Of a stretch of DNA of 64,000 nt, positions 18,895 to 28,744 are shown piece by piece. Within the stretch, counting starts at the first letter, position 1; the number at the start of each line of letters is the position of its first letter. The stretch lies in NCBI GenBank assembly GCA_045597865.1, contig JAZLKX010000057.1, forward strand, positions 22,321-86,320, written 5' to 3'. The notes beneath the pieces are model-generated. The model was given only the letters and a program-made list of their open reading frames with translations, was not told the origin of the DNA and ran no database searches. A program made the translations under genes and the position numbers. This DNA comes from Bacilli bacterium. Lineage in GTDB: Bacteria; Bacillota_I; Bacilli_A; RFN20; CAG-826.

Positions 18895-19344
18895 ATGACT
18901 AGAAAAGAACTAGCAATTCAATATTTCAAAGAAGGATACAACTGCTCACAAGCGGTTGTTTTAGCTTTTAAAGACTTAATTTCAGATCCTGAAAAATTAG
19001 TAAAAATTGCTGCACCATTTGGAGGTGGTTTGTCTCGTATGAGAGAAACTTGTGGAGCAGTTTCTGGAATGGTTTTAGTGATGGGAAATTTATTTGGTTA
19101 TGATACTCCTGAAACTGGAGATAAAAAACATGAACTTTACGAAAATACCCAGGTTTTACTGAGGATTTTTGAGAAAAAGTACGGTTCTTTGACGTGTAGA
19201 GTGCTTCGCGGAATGACACAAATTCATGATGATTCGACGCCAACAAAAAGAGATCAAAAATTCTATGAAACGACGCCGTGCAGTGAACTTGTTGGAGGGG
19301 CTGCAGAGATTCTAGACGAATATCTAAGTAATAAGAAAAATTAA
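18895..19344 (+). CDS. C-GCAxxG-C-C family putative redox-active protein
   Basis: GYNCSQAV, FGGG, TCGAVSG, GSLTC and a late Cys; start reset to MTRK at 18895 because the longer ORF overlaps a tRNA. Confidence 0.85.
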   Translation: MTRKELAIQYFKEGYNCSQAVVLAFKDLISDPEKLVKIAAPFGGGLSRMRETCGAVSGMVLVMGNLFGYDTPETGDKKHELYENTQVLLRIFEKKYGSLTCRVLRGMTQIHDDSTPTKRDQKFYETTPCSELVGGAAEILDEYLSNKKN

Positions 19345-19394
19345 ATAGTAGTTGAATAATTCAACTCAATATCATATTATATTACTCGCCCTTT

Positions 19395-19470
19395 GCCGTC
19401 GTAGCTCAGTCGGTAGAGCAACTGTCTCGTAATCAGTAGGTCGGGAGTTCGATTCTCTCCGACGGCACCA
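19395..19470 (+). tRNA. tRNA-Thr(CGT)
   Basis: GCCGTCG/CGACGGC; CT-CGT-AA loop; CCA. Confidence 0.93.
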
Positions 19471-19485
19471 CGAAATACCAGCTTT

Positions 19486-19561
19486 GGATGTTTAGCTCAG
19501 CTGGGAGAGCATCTGTTTGACGTACAGAAGGTCATAGGTTCGAGCCCTATAGCATCCACCA
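19486..19561 (+). tRNA. tRNA-Val(GAC)
   Basis: TCTGT-TTGACGT-ACAGA; GGTTCGAG; CCA. Confidence 0.93.
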
Positions 19562-19620
19562 TTTAAAAAGATAACTCCCTTGTGGAGTTTTTTCTTTTAA
19601 AAGTATACAATAACAGCTAC

Positions 19621-19694
19621 GCACCGATAGTTCAGTGGTAGAACATCAGCTTCCCAAGCTGACTATGCGGGTTCGATTCCCGTTCGGTGCTCCA
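19621..19694 (+). tRNA. tRNA-Gly(CCC)
   Basis: GCACCGA/TCGGTGC; TCAGC-TTCCCAA-GCTGA; TCCA end. Confidence 0.94.
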
Positions 19695-19705
19695 TAAACA
19701 ATCTT

Positions 19706-19728
19706 GGCGGCATTTGCTGCCTTTTTTT
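19706..19728 (+). terminator. Rho-independent terminator
   Basis: GGCGGC-ATTT-GCTGCC plus T7. Confidence 0.65.
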
Positions 19729-19815
19729 ATTTAATTTTATTTTGTTTGCTTACAATAAAATAAATTTTAGTGTAGAATATTAAAAGTTTAGTAAAAAAGT
19801 AAAGGAGGAAGCCAC

Positions 19816-21627
19816 ATGAACAGAAGAATAAAACAACTATTTCTAGGTTTATTAGGCTTTTTTCCTTTACTACTCTCAGGATGTAGTTTTGAATTTGTTA
19901 CAAGACCTTACAGAGTTGATTTGAATTACACAGAATGTTCAATTTCTGTTAATGAAGGAATGCAACTTTCCTTAAGTGTTGTTGGAAGATCGGGGACATT
20001 AAAATCATCCGAGTATTCTTATACATGGAGTTCCTCAGACACTGATGTCGCAAAAGTTTCTGCAGCAGGTTATGTTACTGCAGTCGATGCTGGAAAAGCT
20101 TTTGTATTTGCAAATGTTCATATTTTAAATTCTAACAAAATACTTGTTGAAAAATGTTCTATAACAGTTATTGACTCTGAACCAGTATCTGTTTCATTAA
20201 ACAAAGAAACTGTTGACATTCAACAAGGCAAGTATACTCAGCTTTTTGCTGTTGTTGAACACACCTCAAACAAAAAAGTTTTATGGAAAAGTGACAATTC
20301 ATTAATTTCCGTTGACCAATATGGAGATGTAATTGTGAATTCTTCTGTTCCTATTGGAACTACTGCAGTTATAACTGCAACCAGTGTATTTAATCCAGCT
20401 ATGTCAGCAAGTTGTACTGTAACAGTCATTGAGCCTGAAGAAGTTCAGTTAGATTATACAATTATGTATTATATGTCTGGTTCTACACTAGAATACGATG
20501 ACTCAAAATCTGGTAGTGAATGCAATATTGGCTTATTTAGCGAAGATATCAAAGAAATTTTAAGTGTAGAATTACCAGAAAACGTTAGATTAATTATTGA
20601 AACAGGCGGCACAAAGAAATGGAATTTGAGTTCTGATTACATCGTTGGTGCAGATTCTATTTCTAATCAAAAATTACAACGCTGGGAAGTTTGCGGCGGC
20701 AAAATTCAACTCATTGATTCTTTAGGAACGAATAAAATGTCTACAAAAGACTCCTTTGAGAGTTTCTTAAAGTGGGGCCTTAGTGAATACGAAGCAAATC
20801 AAATGGGCGTTGTTGTCTCAGGACATGGTTCTGGAATTGGGGGATGTGCTCCTGACGATAACAATAACTCGGATTACTTAACCATTAAGGAAATGGTTGA
20901 TGCTACTACTGGTGCCATTAATATGTCTGAAAGAGAAAAGTTTACTTGGTTAGGTTTTGATTGCTGTATGATGCAATCAGCGGACCTTGCATCTGTAATA
21001 TCAGATAATTTTGATTATATGGTTGCTTCCCAAGAATCTGAATTTGGTGAAGGATGGGATCATGATATCTATCTTAAGGAACTTGCAAAGGACACAAAGA
21101 TAGAACCACAAAAGCTTCTTTCGTCTGTAGCATCAAGTTTTGTAGATTCGTACGACAAAACCAGTTGCTTATTAACTGAACCTTGTTATCAAACAATGTC
21201 AGTTTTAGACTTATCTAAAATGGATAATTTTGTTAGACATTTCAATAATTTTACCGAACAAGTTGGTACCAGCCGTTCTTCAAAAGTTGATTATGCAGTT
21301 TATAGTTCTGCGTTCAGAAACTCACTTAACAGATTCGGATCAAAGAAATACGGCTTAGTTGATGTAAAAGATTTCATATCACATATTGGTACATTAAAAG
21401 CTGACGTTTCTATAGACGAACTTCTTAACGCTTTAAGCGACTTAGTCATTGTTAATAATTTCTGCTCTAAATATGCAGTTAAACCATGTGGATTGAACGC
21501 ATTTTTCCCAGAATCAGCCGATTCAAAAAGTAAGTTGCAGATTTTAAAATCTGACTATCAAGATGGGGTAACTAAGTTTGTTGACTATCAAAAAATGTGT
21601 TTAGCATACGGTAGTTTTTATTTCTAA
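19816..21627 (+). CDS. Lipoprotein with two Ig-like (Big_2) domains and a clostripain (C11) cysteine peptidase domain
   Basis: Lipobox LLLSGC; YTWSSSDTDVAKVS and VLWKSDN Ig repeats; YTIMYYMSGSTLE, SGHGSG (His), GFDCCMM (Cys), MVASQE. Confidence 0.85.
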   Translation: MNRRIKQLFLGLLGFFPLLLSGCSFEFVTRPYRVDLNYTECSISVNEGMQLSLSVVGRSGTLKSSEYSYTWSSSDTDVAKVSAAGYVTAVDAGKAFVFANVHILNSNKILVEKCSITVIDSEPVSVSLNKETVDIQQGKYTQLFAVVEHTSNKKVLWKSDNSLISVDQYGDVIVNSSVPIGTTAVITATSVFNPAMSASCTVTVIEPEEVQLDYTIMYYMSGSTLEYDDSKSGSECNIGLFSEDIKEILSVELPENVRLIIETGGTKKWNLSSDYIVGADSISNQKLQRWEVCGGKIQLIDSLGTNKMSTKDSFESFLKWGLSEYEANQMGVVVSGHGSGIGGCAPDDNNNSDYLTIKEMVDATTGAINMSEREKFTWLGFDCCMMQSADLASVISDNFDYMVASQESEFGEGWDHDIYLKELAKDTKIEPQKLLSSVASSFVDSYDKTSCLLTEPCYQTMSVLDLSKMDNFVRHFNNFTEQVGTSRSSKVDYAVYSSAFRNSLNRFGSKKYGLVDVKDFISHIGTLKADVSIDELLNALSDLVIVNNFCSKYAVKPCGLNAFFPESADSKSKLQILKSDYQDGVTKFVDYQKMCLAYGSFYF

Positions 21628-21650
21628 TAATTCATCTAGGAGGTATTAAG

Positions 21651-23369
21651 ATGGAAAATACAATTAAATTTGAAGACATTCCTGCAAAGAAAGTCTCCAT
21701 GAAAGCAATCGAAGCAAAGCTTGTTGGCTTTACTAACGATTTAAAAGCTGCAAAAGATCCTTCTGCTGCTTTAAAAGTTATTCGTGCATTAGAGAAATAC
21801 ATGGATAAGTTTGAAAATAATGCAACAGTTATTTCAATTCGCTACACGCTTGATACAAGAGATGAAAAGATTGCTAAGTTACAAGATCAAATTGATGAGA
21901 TTTCACCATTAATTTCAAATTTAATTAATGAATTTAATAAGGTGTTAGTGAAACATCCTTGCCGCAAGGAATTAGAGGAAAAACTTACACCATATTACTT
22001 CCAAATGATTGATAACTCACTTAAATCATTTGATGAAAAGATTATTCCTGAGTTAATTGAAATTAATAAGCTCTCATCGCAATACGATAAAGTCTTAGGT
22101 GGTGCTGAAATCGAATTTAGAGGTGGCAAATATAATCTTTCTCAAATGGGTAAATTTGCTAAATCGAAAGATAGAGAAGAAAGACGTGAAGCTGCTATCG
22201 CATCAGATAGATGGTTTGGCGAACACGAAAAAGAAATTGGTGACATCTATGGAAAGCTAGTTGAATTACGTGATCAAGCAGCTAAAAAGTTAGGTTTTAA
22301 AAACTTTATAGAACTTGGCTACTTATCTCTTGGAAGAGTCGATTATGATGCCCGTATGGTGGCTAATTATAGAAAACAGATAGCAGACGAGGTTGTTCCA
22401 GTATGCCAAAAACTCTACAAGGAGCAAGCTAAACGCATAGGTATTCCTTTTAATAAAATGTACTCATACGATTACAACCTTTCATTCTTAAGTGGCAACC
22501 CAACACCAGAGGGTGATCCAGATCATTTAGTTGAGATGGGCCGCAAAATGTATAACGAGATGTCAAAAGAAACAGGTGATTTCTTCCAATTCATGATTGA
22601 TAGACACTTACTTGATCTTGTTGCAAGACCAGGAAAACAACCTGGTGGTTATATGACATTCCTTCCAGTTCAAAAATATCCATTTATTTTCTCAAATTTT
22701 AACGGAACAGATGGTGATGTTAACGTTTTAACTCACGAATTTGGTCACGCATTCCAAGGCTATTTATCTAGAAACATTAAACCAGGTGATTTCCGTTCTC
22801 CAACACTTGAAAGTTGTGAAATACACTCAATGTCTATGGAGTTCTTTGCATGGCCATGGATGAATTTATTCTTTGGCAAGGATGATGAAAAATATCGTTA
22901 TTCACACTTAACAGATGCCATCGAATTCCTTCCATATGGCATTACTATTGATGAGTTCCAACACTGGGTTTATGAACACCCACATGCCACTCATGAGGAA
23001 AGATGTGCTGCTTATAAGGAAATCGAAAATAGATATGAACCACAAAAGAAATACGACCCAGAAATGAAAACAAATGGTCATGGTGGTTGGTGGATGAAAC
23101 AACATCACATTTTCTCAACACCATTCTATTATATTGATTATACTTTAGCTCAAGTTTGCGCTTTCCAATTCTTAGTTGAAATGACTAATAATCGTGAAAG
23201 AGCATGGAAGAAGTATGTTAAGCTTTGTAAGACTGGTGGAAAATATCCATTTGTTACATTACTTCAAAAGAATCATTTGCGTAATCCATTTGAAGACGGA
23301 AATATTCATAAGGTAATGGTTCCTTTAAGAAAAATTCTTAAAAGCTTCGATTTAACAAAAATCAAATAA
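21651..23369 (+). CDS. M3-family oligoendopeptidase
   Basis: LTHEFGHAFQ, EIHSMSME, HIFSTPFYYIDY. Confidence 0.93.
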   Translation: MENTIKFEDIPAKKVSMKAIEAKLVGFTNDLKAAKDPSAALKVIRALEKYMDKFENNATVISIRYTLDTRDEKIAKLQDQIDEISPLISNLINEFNKVLVKHPCRKELEEKLTPYYFQMIDNSLKSFDEKIIPELIEINKLSSQYDKVLGGAEIEFRGGKYNLSQMGKFAKSKDREERREAAIASDRWFGEHEKEIGDIYGKLVELRDQAAKKLGFKNFIELGYLSLGRVDYDARMVANYRKQIADEVVPVCQKLYKEQAKRIGIPFNKMYSYDYNLSFLSGNPTPEGDPDHLVEMGRKMYNEMSKETGDFFQFMIDRHLLDLVARPGKQPGGYMTFLPVQKYPFIFSNFNGTDGDVNVLTHEFGHAFQGYLSRNIKPGDFRSPTLESCEIHSMSMEFFAWPWMNLFFGKDDEKYRYSHLTDAIEFLPYGITIDEFQHWVYEHPHATHEERCAAYKEIENRYEPQKKYDPEMKTNGHGGWWMKQHHIFSTPFYYIDYTLAQVCAFQFLVEMTNNRERAWKKYVKLCKTGGKYPFVTLLQKNHLRNPFEDGNIHKVMVPLRKILKSFDLTKIK

Positions 23370-23489
23370 GATAAGGCCTAAAGGCCTTTTCTTTTTATTA
23401 AACAACTTCTACTATAGATTAATTTATTTTTTAAATAACATTTGCTATAATATTTTTCGCGAAAATCTGTTAGGAAGAAGGATAAAAAT

Positions 23490-24287
23490 ATGTTTGATTT
23501 AGTTAATAATAAATTCAATTTTGAATCACCTATTGTTTGGGTTGATTTTGGAATTTCAGTTTTGCTCTTGGCATTTCTTGTTTATGTATTTTTTAAAATA
23601 CATTTTAATAAAAAGAGCTTCATCTTTTTAACATCCTTAGCTGTTCTAACAATTCTTTCTTGGTTTTTTGGATTTACATTTGTTAATACTATCTGTTTAT
23701 TTGCAATTGCTTCCACAATCATTGTTGTTGCAGTTTCAAATCAAAATGAGTTTAGAGATCTTGTTGGTACTTTTGGTAAGAAAAAGCATAAAGTCCAAAC
23801 AGAAAAAGTTTATGATAGACATGCTGTTTGCCAAAAGATTTCACTTGCTGTTGAAACTTTATCAAAAACAAAAACAGGTGCTTTAATTACCTTTGAAAAA
23901 GGTATTAAGTTAAATGAAGTAGTTAAGAGCGGTACAATCTTACACTCTCCAATTATTCCAGAACTTCTTACTACAATTTTCTACACGGGTACAAGATTAC
24001 ATGATGGTGCTGTTGTTATTCGTAGAGACGAAATTCTTGCAGCATCAGTTTATTACACGCCAACAACAAGGCCATTAACTGGTAAGTTTGGTTCACGTCA
24101 TAGAGCTGCTATTGGTATTTCTGAAATTAGTGATGCAGTTACAGTTGTTGTTTCAGAAGAAACAGGACGTATTTCAATTACCTATAAAGGTGAGCTCATT
24201 CCAGTTCAACAAGATAATTTATTAAGAACTTTAGAAGAATATTTAATTAATGAACCAGCTGAAGGTTCAGAAGAAGAAGGACAATAA
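23490..24287 (+). CDS. cdaA: Diadenylate cyclase CdaA/DacA
   Basis: Three N-terminal TM segments; LHDGAV, GSRHRAA, VSEETG; directly upstream of glmM. Confidence 0.92.
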   Translation: MFDLVNNKFNFESPIVWVDFGISVLLLAFLVYVFFKIHFNKKSFIFLTSLAVLTILSWFFGFTFVNTICLFAIASTIIVVAVSNQNEFRDLVGTFGKKKHKVQTEKVYDRHAVCQKISLAVETLSKTKTGALITFEKGIKLNEVVKSGTILHSPIIPELLTTIFYTGTRLHDGAVVIRRDEILAASVYYTPTTRPLTGKFGSRHRAAIGISEISDAVTVVVSEETGRISITYKGELIPVQQDNLLRTLEEYLINEPAEGSEEEGQ

Positions 24288-24289
24288 TT

Positions 24290-25621
24290 ATGGCTAAATA
24301 TTTTGGTACGGACGGAGTCCGTGGAGTTGCTGGTGAGTTTATCACTGAAACTCTTGCTTATAAAATTGGCCGTTATATTGGACAATATCCAAACGGACAT
24401 AAGAATAGAATTTTAATTGCTAGAGATACACGAATCTCTGGTCAAGGTTTAGCCGAGTCAGTTGGCGCCGGTGCAGTTTCATCTGGTTCAGATGTTTATA
24501 ACATCGGAGTTTCTACAACCCCATCAGTTTCTTATTTAGTAAGAAAGAATAAGTTTGATTATGGTGTAATGATTTCAGCATCACATAATCCTTATTACGA
24601 TAATGGTATTAAGATTTTTAATTCTGAGGGAGAAAAGCTTGATGCTAAGATTGAAGAATTAATTGAAGGATATATCGATTCTCCTGTTGATAGTCTTCCA
24701 ATGATGAAAAATCAAAACATTGGCCGTTATTGTCCAATTGATGATTTAGTGCCTAGCTATATTGAATTTATTTGTTCAAAAGCTAGTCCAAAAGTAAAAG
24801 GCATGAAAGTCTATATTGACTGTTCAAATGGTTCTGCAAGTGCAATAGCTCCTGTCGTTTTAAAGAAATTGGGTGTTGAAGCAACAATTGTTTCTAATAA
24901 GCCAAATGGTATTAATATTAATGACCGTTGTGGTTCAACAAAAATTGCTAATAACTCAGATGCTGTCACTAAAGGTAACTATGATATTGCCTTTGCTTTT
25001 GATGGCGATGCTGATAGATGTTTAGCAATGTCAAATGATGGTTTAGTGGTAGATGGTGACGCATTAATTTACCTTAATGCTATGTATTTAAAGAAGCACG
25101 GTAAGCTTAATGACAATACTGTTGTTATTACCGTTATGTCAAATTTAGGCTTAAAAAAGGCTTTTGCCGCTGAAGATGTTTCTATCCACGAAACAAAAGT
25201 TGGCGATAAGTACGTTCAAGCCGACATGAAGGCAAATAATTTATCCATTGGTGGCGAGCAATCTGGCCACATTATCTTCTTAGAAGATCTTAATACTGGC
25301 GATGGATTATTAACTATGGTTCACACTCTTAATGTTCTTGCAGAAGAAGGAAAATCTCTTCAAGAGCTCATTAAGAATTTAAAAATATATCCACAAAGTT
25401 TGAAAAATGTTCGTGTTGTTAATAAAGAAGCAATACTTGCACATCAAGGCTTTATGGAAAAAGTTGCTGAAGTTGAAAAATCTCTTGAGGGAAATGGCCG
25501 CATTTTAGTGAGACCATCAGGTACAGAACCACTCATTAGAATAATGTGTGAAGCAGCAACTCAAGAACAATGTGATGAAATCACATCACTTCTTGCAAAA
25601 TTCGTGGAAGATATTCAATAA
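24290..25621 (+). CDS. glmM: Phosphoglucosamine mutase
   Basis: YFGTDGVRG, ISASHNP, FDGDADR, GGEQSGH, VRPSGTEP. Confidence 0.96.
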   Translation: MAKYFGTDGVRGVAGEFITETLAYKIGRYIGQYPNGHKNRILIARDTRISGQGLAESVGAGAVSSGSDVYNIGVSTTPSVSYLVRKNKFDYGVMISASHNPYYDNGIKIFNSEGEKLDAKIEELIEGYIDSPVDSLPMMKNQNIGRYCPIDDLVPSYIEFICSKASPKVKGMKVYIDCSNGSASAIAPVVLKKLGVEATIVSNKPNGININDRCGSTKIANNSDAVTKGNYDIAFAFDGDADRCLAMSNDGLVVDGDALIYLNAMYLKKHGKLNDNTVVITVMSNLGLKKAFAAEDVSIHETKVGDKYVQADMKANNLSIGGEQSGHIIFLEDLNTGDGLLTMVHTLNVLAEEGKSLQELIKNLKIYPQSLKNVRVVNKEAILAHQGFMEKVAEVEKSLEGNGRILVRPSGTEPLIRIMCEAATQEQCDEITSLLAKFVEDIQ

Positions 25622-25622
25622 A

Positions 25623-26228
25623 ATGGAATTTCAAGAATTTTATGATTTTGTTGTGAAAGTTCATTCAATTGCAAAGATTGGATTAACTTATTCAACAGAT
25701 CCTTATGCAATTGATAACTACAAAGAGTTAAATGAACTTTCTAAGAAGATGCTTGAGAACTTTATGAATGTAAAGTTTGATAAACCATCAATGTTTACTA
25801 AGGAAGTTTATCCAACTCCAAATATCTCAGTTAGAACTGTTATTGCAAAGGATAATAAAATTCTTCTTGTCCGCGAAGCAAATTCTGGACTTTGGTCATT
25901 ACCTGGTGGATGGTGTGATTTATATGATTCACCATCTAAGGCTGCCTTTAACGAAGTTAGCCAAGAGGCTGGAGTAGAGCCAAAGATTGTTAGACTAATA
26001 GGTGTTCTTGAGAGAACGCCACATAAATCTAACCAAAATGTTCCTGAATACTTAATAGTATTCGAAGGAGACATTAATCATACGGAGTTCCATGACCATT
26101 GTCATGAAACACTTGATGTAAAATTCTTTGATATGGATTGTCTTCCAGACATGTCAAAGAAACTTTCAATGGAAGAAATTCAAAGAATTTTTGAAGCATA
26201 TAGAAATAAGACGGTCATATTTGACTAA
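25623..26228 (+). CDS. Nudix hydrolase with N-terminal Nudix_N domain (YjhB-like)
   Basis: SIAKIGLTYSTDPY, YPTP, WSLPGGWCD, EVSQEAG. Confidence 0.85.
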   Translation: MEFQEFYDFVVKVHSIAKIGLTYSTDPYAIDNYKELNELSKKMLENFMNVKFDKPSMFTKEVYPTPNISVRTVIAKDNKILLVREANSGLWSLPGGWCDLYDSPSKAAFNEVSQEAGVEPKIVRLIGVLERTPHKSNQNVPEYLIVFEGDINHTEFHDHCHETLDVKFFDMDCLPDMSKKLSMEEIQRIFEAYRNKTVIFD

Positions 26229-26243
26229 TAAGGAGGAAAACAT

Positions 26244-26960
26244 ATGCCAACACCACATAATGAAGCTAAAAAAGGCGAAATCGCAAAGGTAGTATTAATG
26301 CCTGGAGATCCAAATCGTGCAAAATGGATTGCAGATAACTTTTTACATGATGTTAAATTAGTAAATCAAGTTAGAGGTCAATTCTGTTTCACTGGATTAA
26401 CTAAAAATAATAAACGCATCTCTGTAATGTCATCAGGAATGGGCCATCCATCAATTGGTATTTATTCACATGAATTATTTGCAGAATATGATGTTGATTT
26501 AATTATACGTGTTGGTACATGTGGTTCTTATCAAGAAAAAATTAATTTTTTCGATGTTCTTATTGGCGAACAAATTATGACAGATTCAAATTATGGAGCA
26601 CAACTTGGTTATGATTGCCATTATGAACCAAAAGCAGATGCTTCAATTGTTTCGGCAGCTAAGGAAGTTTTGGAGAAGAAAGGTTTTCCTTATCACTCTG
26701 GAAAAGTCTTTGCTGCAGACGTTTTTTATGACTTCAATAAAGATATTTGGAAAGACTATGCTGCTAGGGGCGCAATGGCTGTAGAAATGGAGTCTTTTGC
26801 TCTTTATATTAACGCTGCATATTTAGGCAAAAAAGCCTTAACAATGTTAACAGTCACAGACCACTTTTTGAAGGAAGGTCGTTTGACTCCAGAACAAAGA
26901 CAAACTGGTCTTAAAAACATGATTGAATCCGCTATCGAATTAGCAGAAAAATACGCATAA
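26244..26960 (+). CDS. deoD: Purine nucleoside phosphorylase (DeoD-type)
   Basis: MPTPHN, MPGDPNRA, GMGHPS, IRVGTCG, AVEME. Confidence 0.95.
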   Translation: MPTPHNEAKKGEIAKVVLMPGDPNRAKWIADNFLHDVKLVNQVRGQFCFTGLTKNNKRISVMSSGMGHPSIGIYSHELFAEYDVDLIIRVGTCGSYQEKINFFDVLIGEQIMTDSNYGAQLGYDCHYEPKADASIVSAAKEVLEKKGFPYHSGKVFAADVFYDFNKDIWKDYAARGAMAVEMESFALYINAAYLGKKALTMLTVTDHFLKEGRLTPEQRQTGLKNMIESAIELAEKYA

Positions 26961-26961
26961 A

Positions 26962-27558
26962 ATGGGATTATTAATTGCTCTTGTTATTTTGCTTGTTTTA
27001 GCAATTGTATTTTTTATAACTTTTCCTATAATTAAGAGGAAAATTATAGCAAAGAAATACAACATTTTTTGTAGCAAAAAAATAGGATCAATTGCAAAGA
27101 AAAATAATTTACTTTTTCTTACAAATTTAAGGCTATCAAATTATAGTGGTGAAGAGATTAATATCGACCACATTTTATTTGGTAAAAAATACATCTATAT
27201 TTTGATCAATTATTTCTTTAATGGAGATATAAAAGGAACCTCTGAAAATAACTCTTGGATCCTTGAAAAAAGACATGATGAAGGTTGTGAATATATAGAT
27301 AATATTTCAAATGATTTAACCGGGAAAAATGGGGTATTTTCAGAAAAAATCACTGCAAATCCCGAATTAATTATTCCTATTGCAATAGTGAACAACGATT
27401 GTGAAATTAAGGTCAATGGTATTAATAACAATAATACTTTTGTTGTTCATTATTCCTCGCTTAAAAAATTGATAAAAAAATTAGAGTCTAGAAGCATTGC
27501 AAATTTAGATTGCGAGCAAACAAAAAATATATACGAAAGTTTAGAAAATGGAAACTAA
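26962..27558 (+). CDS. Membrane-anchored NERD-like protein (degenerate)
   Basis: N-terminal TM helix; INIDHILFGKKYIY resembles the NERD core. Confidence 0.55.
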   Translation: MGLLIALVILLVLAIVFFITFPIIKRKIIAKKYNIFCSKKIGSIAKKNNLLFLTNLRLSNYSGEEINIDHILFGKKYIYILINYFFNGDIKGTSENNSWILEKRHDEGCEYIDNISNDLTGKNGVFSEKITANPELIIPIAIVNNDCEIKVNGINNNNTFVVHYSSLKKLIKKLESRSIANLDCEQTKNIYESLENGN

Positions 27559-28570
27559 GAAAACTGGTGTGGTAAAGTCTGGATTTAAAGAGGCAATAAA
27601 AAGATTTAAAATCGTGTCGTTACCTCTTAGTTTTTTTGCTGTAATTTCAATAGGTATTTTAGTCCTTGGTTTTTACGCTCCAATAACATTAATTTTTACT
27701 ATTCCATTTGTTGTAATTCCATCATTGTTTTCTGTTGCTGCAATAAACACGATTGCCCCTAATGAAAACACCCATGAAGTTATTGGATTTTTTATAATGT
27801 TCAAAGCTTATTTTACTCAAGTTTTTATGGGTGGCTATAGAATTATTATTGGATTATTAAAAGCCATTTTAGTTTTTCTAGTCTTATCGACTGTTTTGAC
27901 TGCAATTTTAACCACAACTATTATCAGCAAAGATCCTGCTTATATTGAACTTCTTTCAATTACAGACCCTGCTCAACTTGCTGAAGCATTTAATAATTTT
28001 GTAGAAAGTAACGCAACATTTAATAATGTTATGGCAATTACCTATATGAGTGGTTCCTTTGGATTCTTCTTTATGTGCGTTCATCATTTTGCAGTTAACA
28101 GTTTTAAATACAATTATAATTTTTTAGCTTCTCTTCCTCTTCCTATGCATGATTTAAATGTGATTGATAAAGAAGTAATGAAAAAGCATAAGTGGAGTTA
28201 TAGAAAACAGCATTATAAAGCATTTTGGTTTTTAGGTTTATTATTGTTGTTAGCCTATGCCGGGGGCGAATTATTTGCATATTTTGTATTACCTAATATT
28301 AATGTTGCACAAATTCCGGTTGTTGGCTTATTCTTTGCATTAGTTATTGGTTTATTCTTTATTCCTTATTTCTTGAATGCATCTCAACAAATTTTTATTA
28401 CCTTTAGACCTTTGTATGTTGATACATTAATTGATTTGTCAAAAAAGTCTCTTGATGAATTGAAACAAGCTAATCAAATTACTGAAGATAAAGAAAAAGA
28501 ACTTCTTCAAATTATTGAAGCTCAAAAGATTAAAGATAAAAAAAGCGATAAAGATAAGGAATCAAAGTAA
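27548..28570 (+). CDS. Hypothetical polytopic membrane protein
   Basis: 340-aa ORF overlapping the previous stop, about 6 hydrophobic segments. Confidence 0.7.
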   Translation: METKKTGVVKSGFKEAIKRFKIVSLPLSFFAVISIGILVLGFYAPITLIFTIPFVVIPSLFSVAAINTIAPNENTHEVIGFFIMFKAYFTQVFMGGYRIIIGLLKAILVFLVLSTVLTAILTTTIISKDPAYIELLSITDPAQLAEAFNNFVESNATFNNVMAITYMSGSFGFFFMCVHHFAVNSFKYNYNFLASLPLPMHDLNVIDKEVMKKHKWSYRKQHYKAFWFLGLLLLLAYAGGELFAYFVLPNINVAQIPVVGLFFALVIGLFFIPYFLNASQQIFITFRPLYVDTLIDLSKKSLDELKQANQITEDKEKELLQIIEAQKIKDKKSDKDKESK

Positions 28571-28573
28571 TAA

Positions 28574-28599
28574 AAAAGCCACTTCATTGAGTGGCTTTT
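28574..28599. terminator. Bidirectional terminator
   Basis: AAAAGCCACT-TCATTG-AGTGGCTTTT. Confidence 0.75.
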
Positions 28600-28610
28600 A
28601 ATTTATTAAA

Positions 28611-28684
28611 TGGAGCAGCTGGCGGGAATCGGACCCGTATAGCCACCTTGGCAAGGTGGTGTTCTACCACTGAACTACAGCTGC
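28611..28684 (-). tRNA. tRNA-Gly(GCC)
   Basis: Minus strand: GCAGCTG/CAGCTGC; CCACC-TTGCCAA-GGTGG; TCCA end; T-loop reads TCCGATT. Confidence 0.9.
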
Positions 28685-28744
28685 ATTTCAGCGTGATTAT
28701 TTTATAATAAGTGTTATAATACTTCAAGCGAAATTAAAATTATT

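Noticed and set aside
28685-28744. T-box riboswitch before gltX (or before trpB)
   Set aside because: Leaders are too short and no AGGGTGGNACCGCG motif was found
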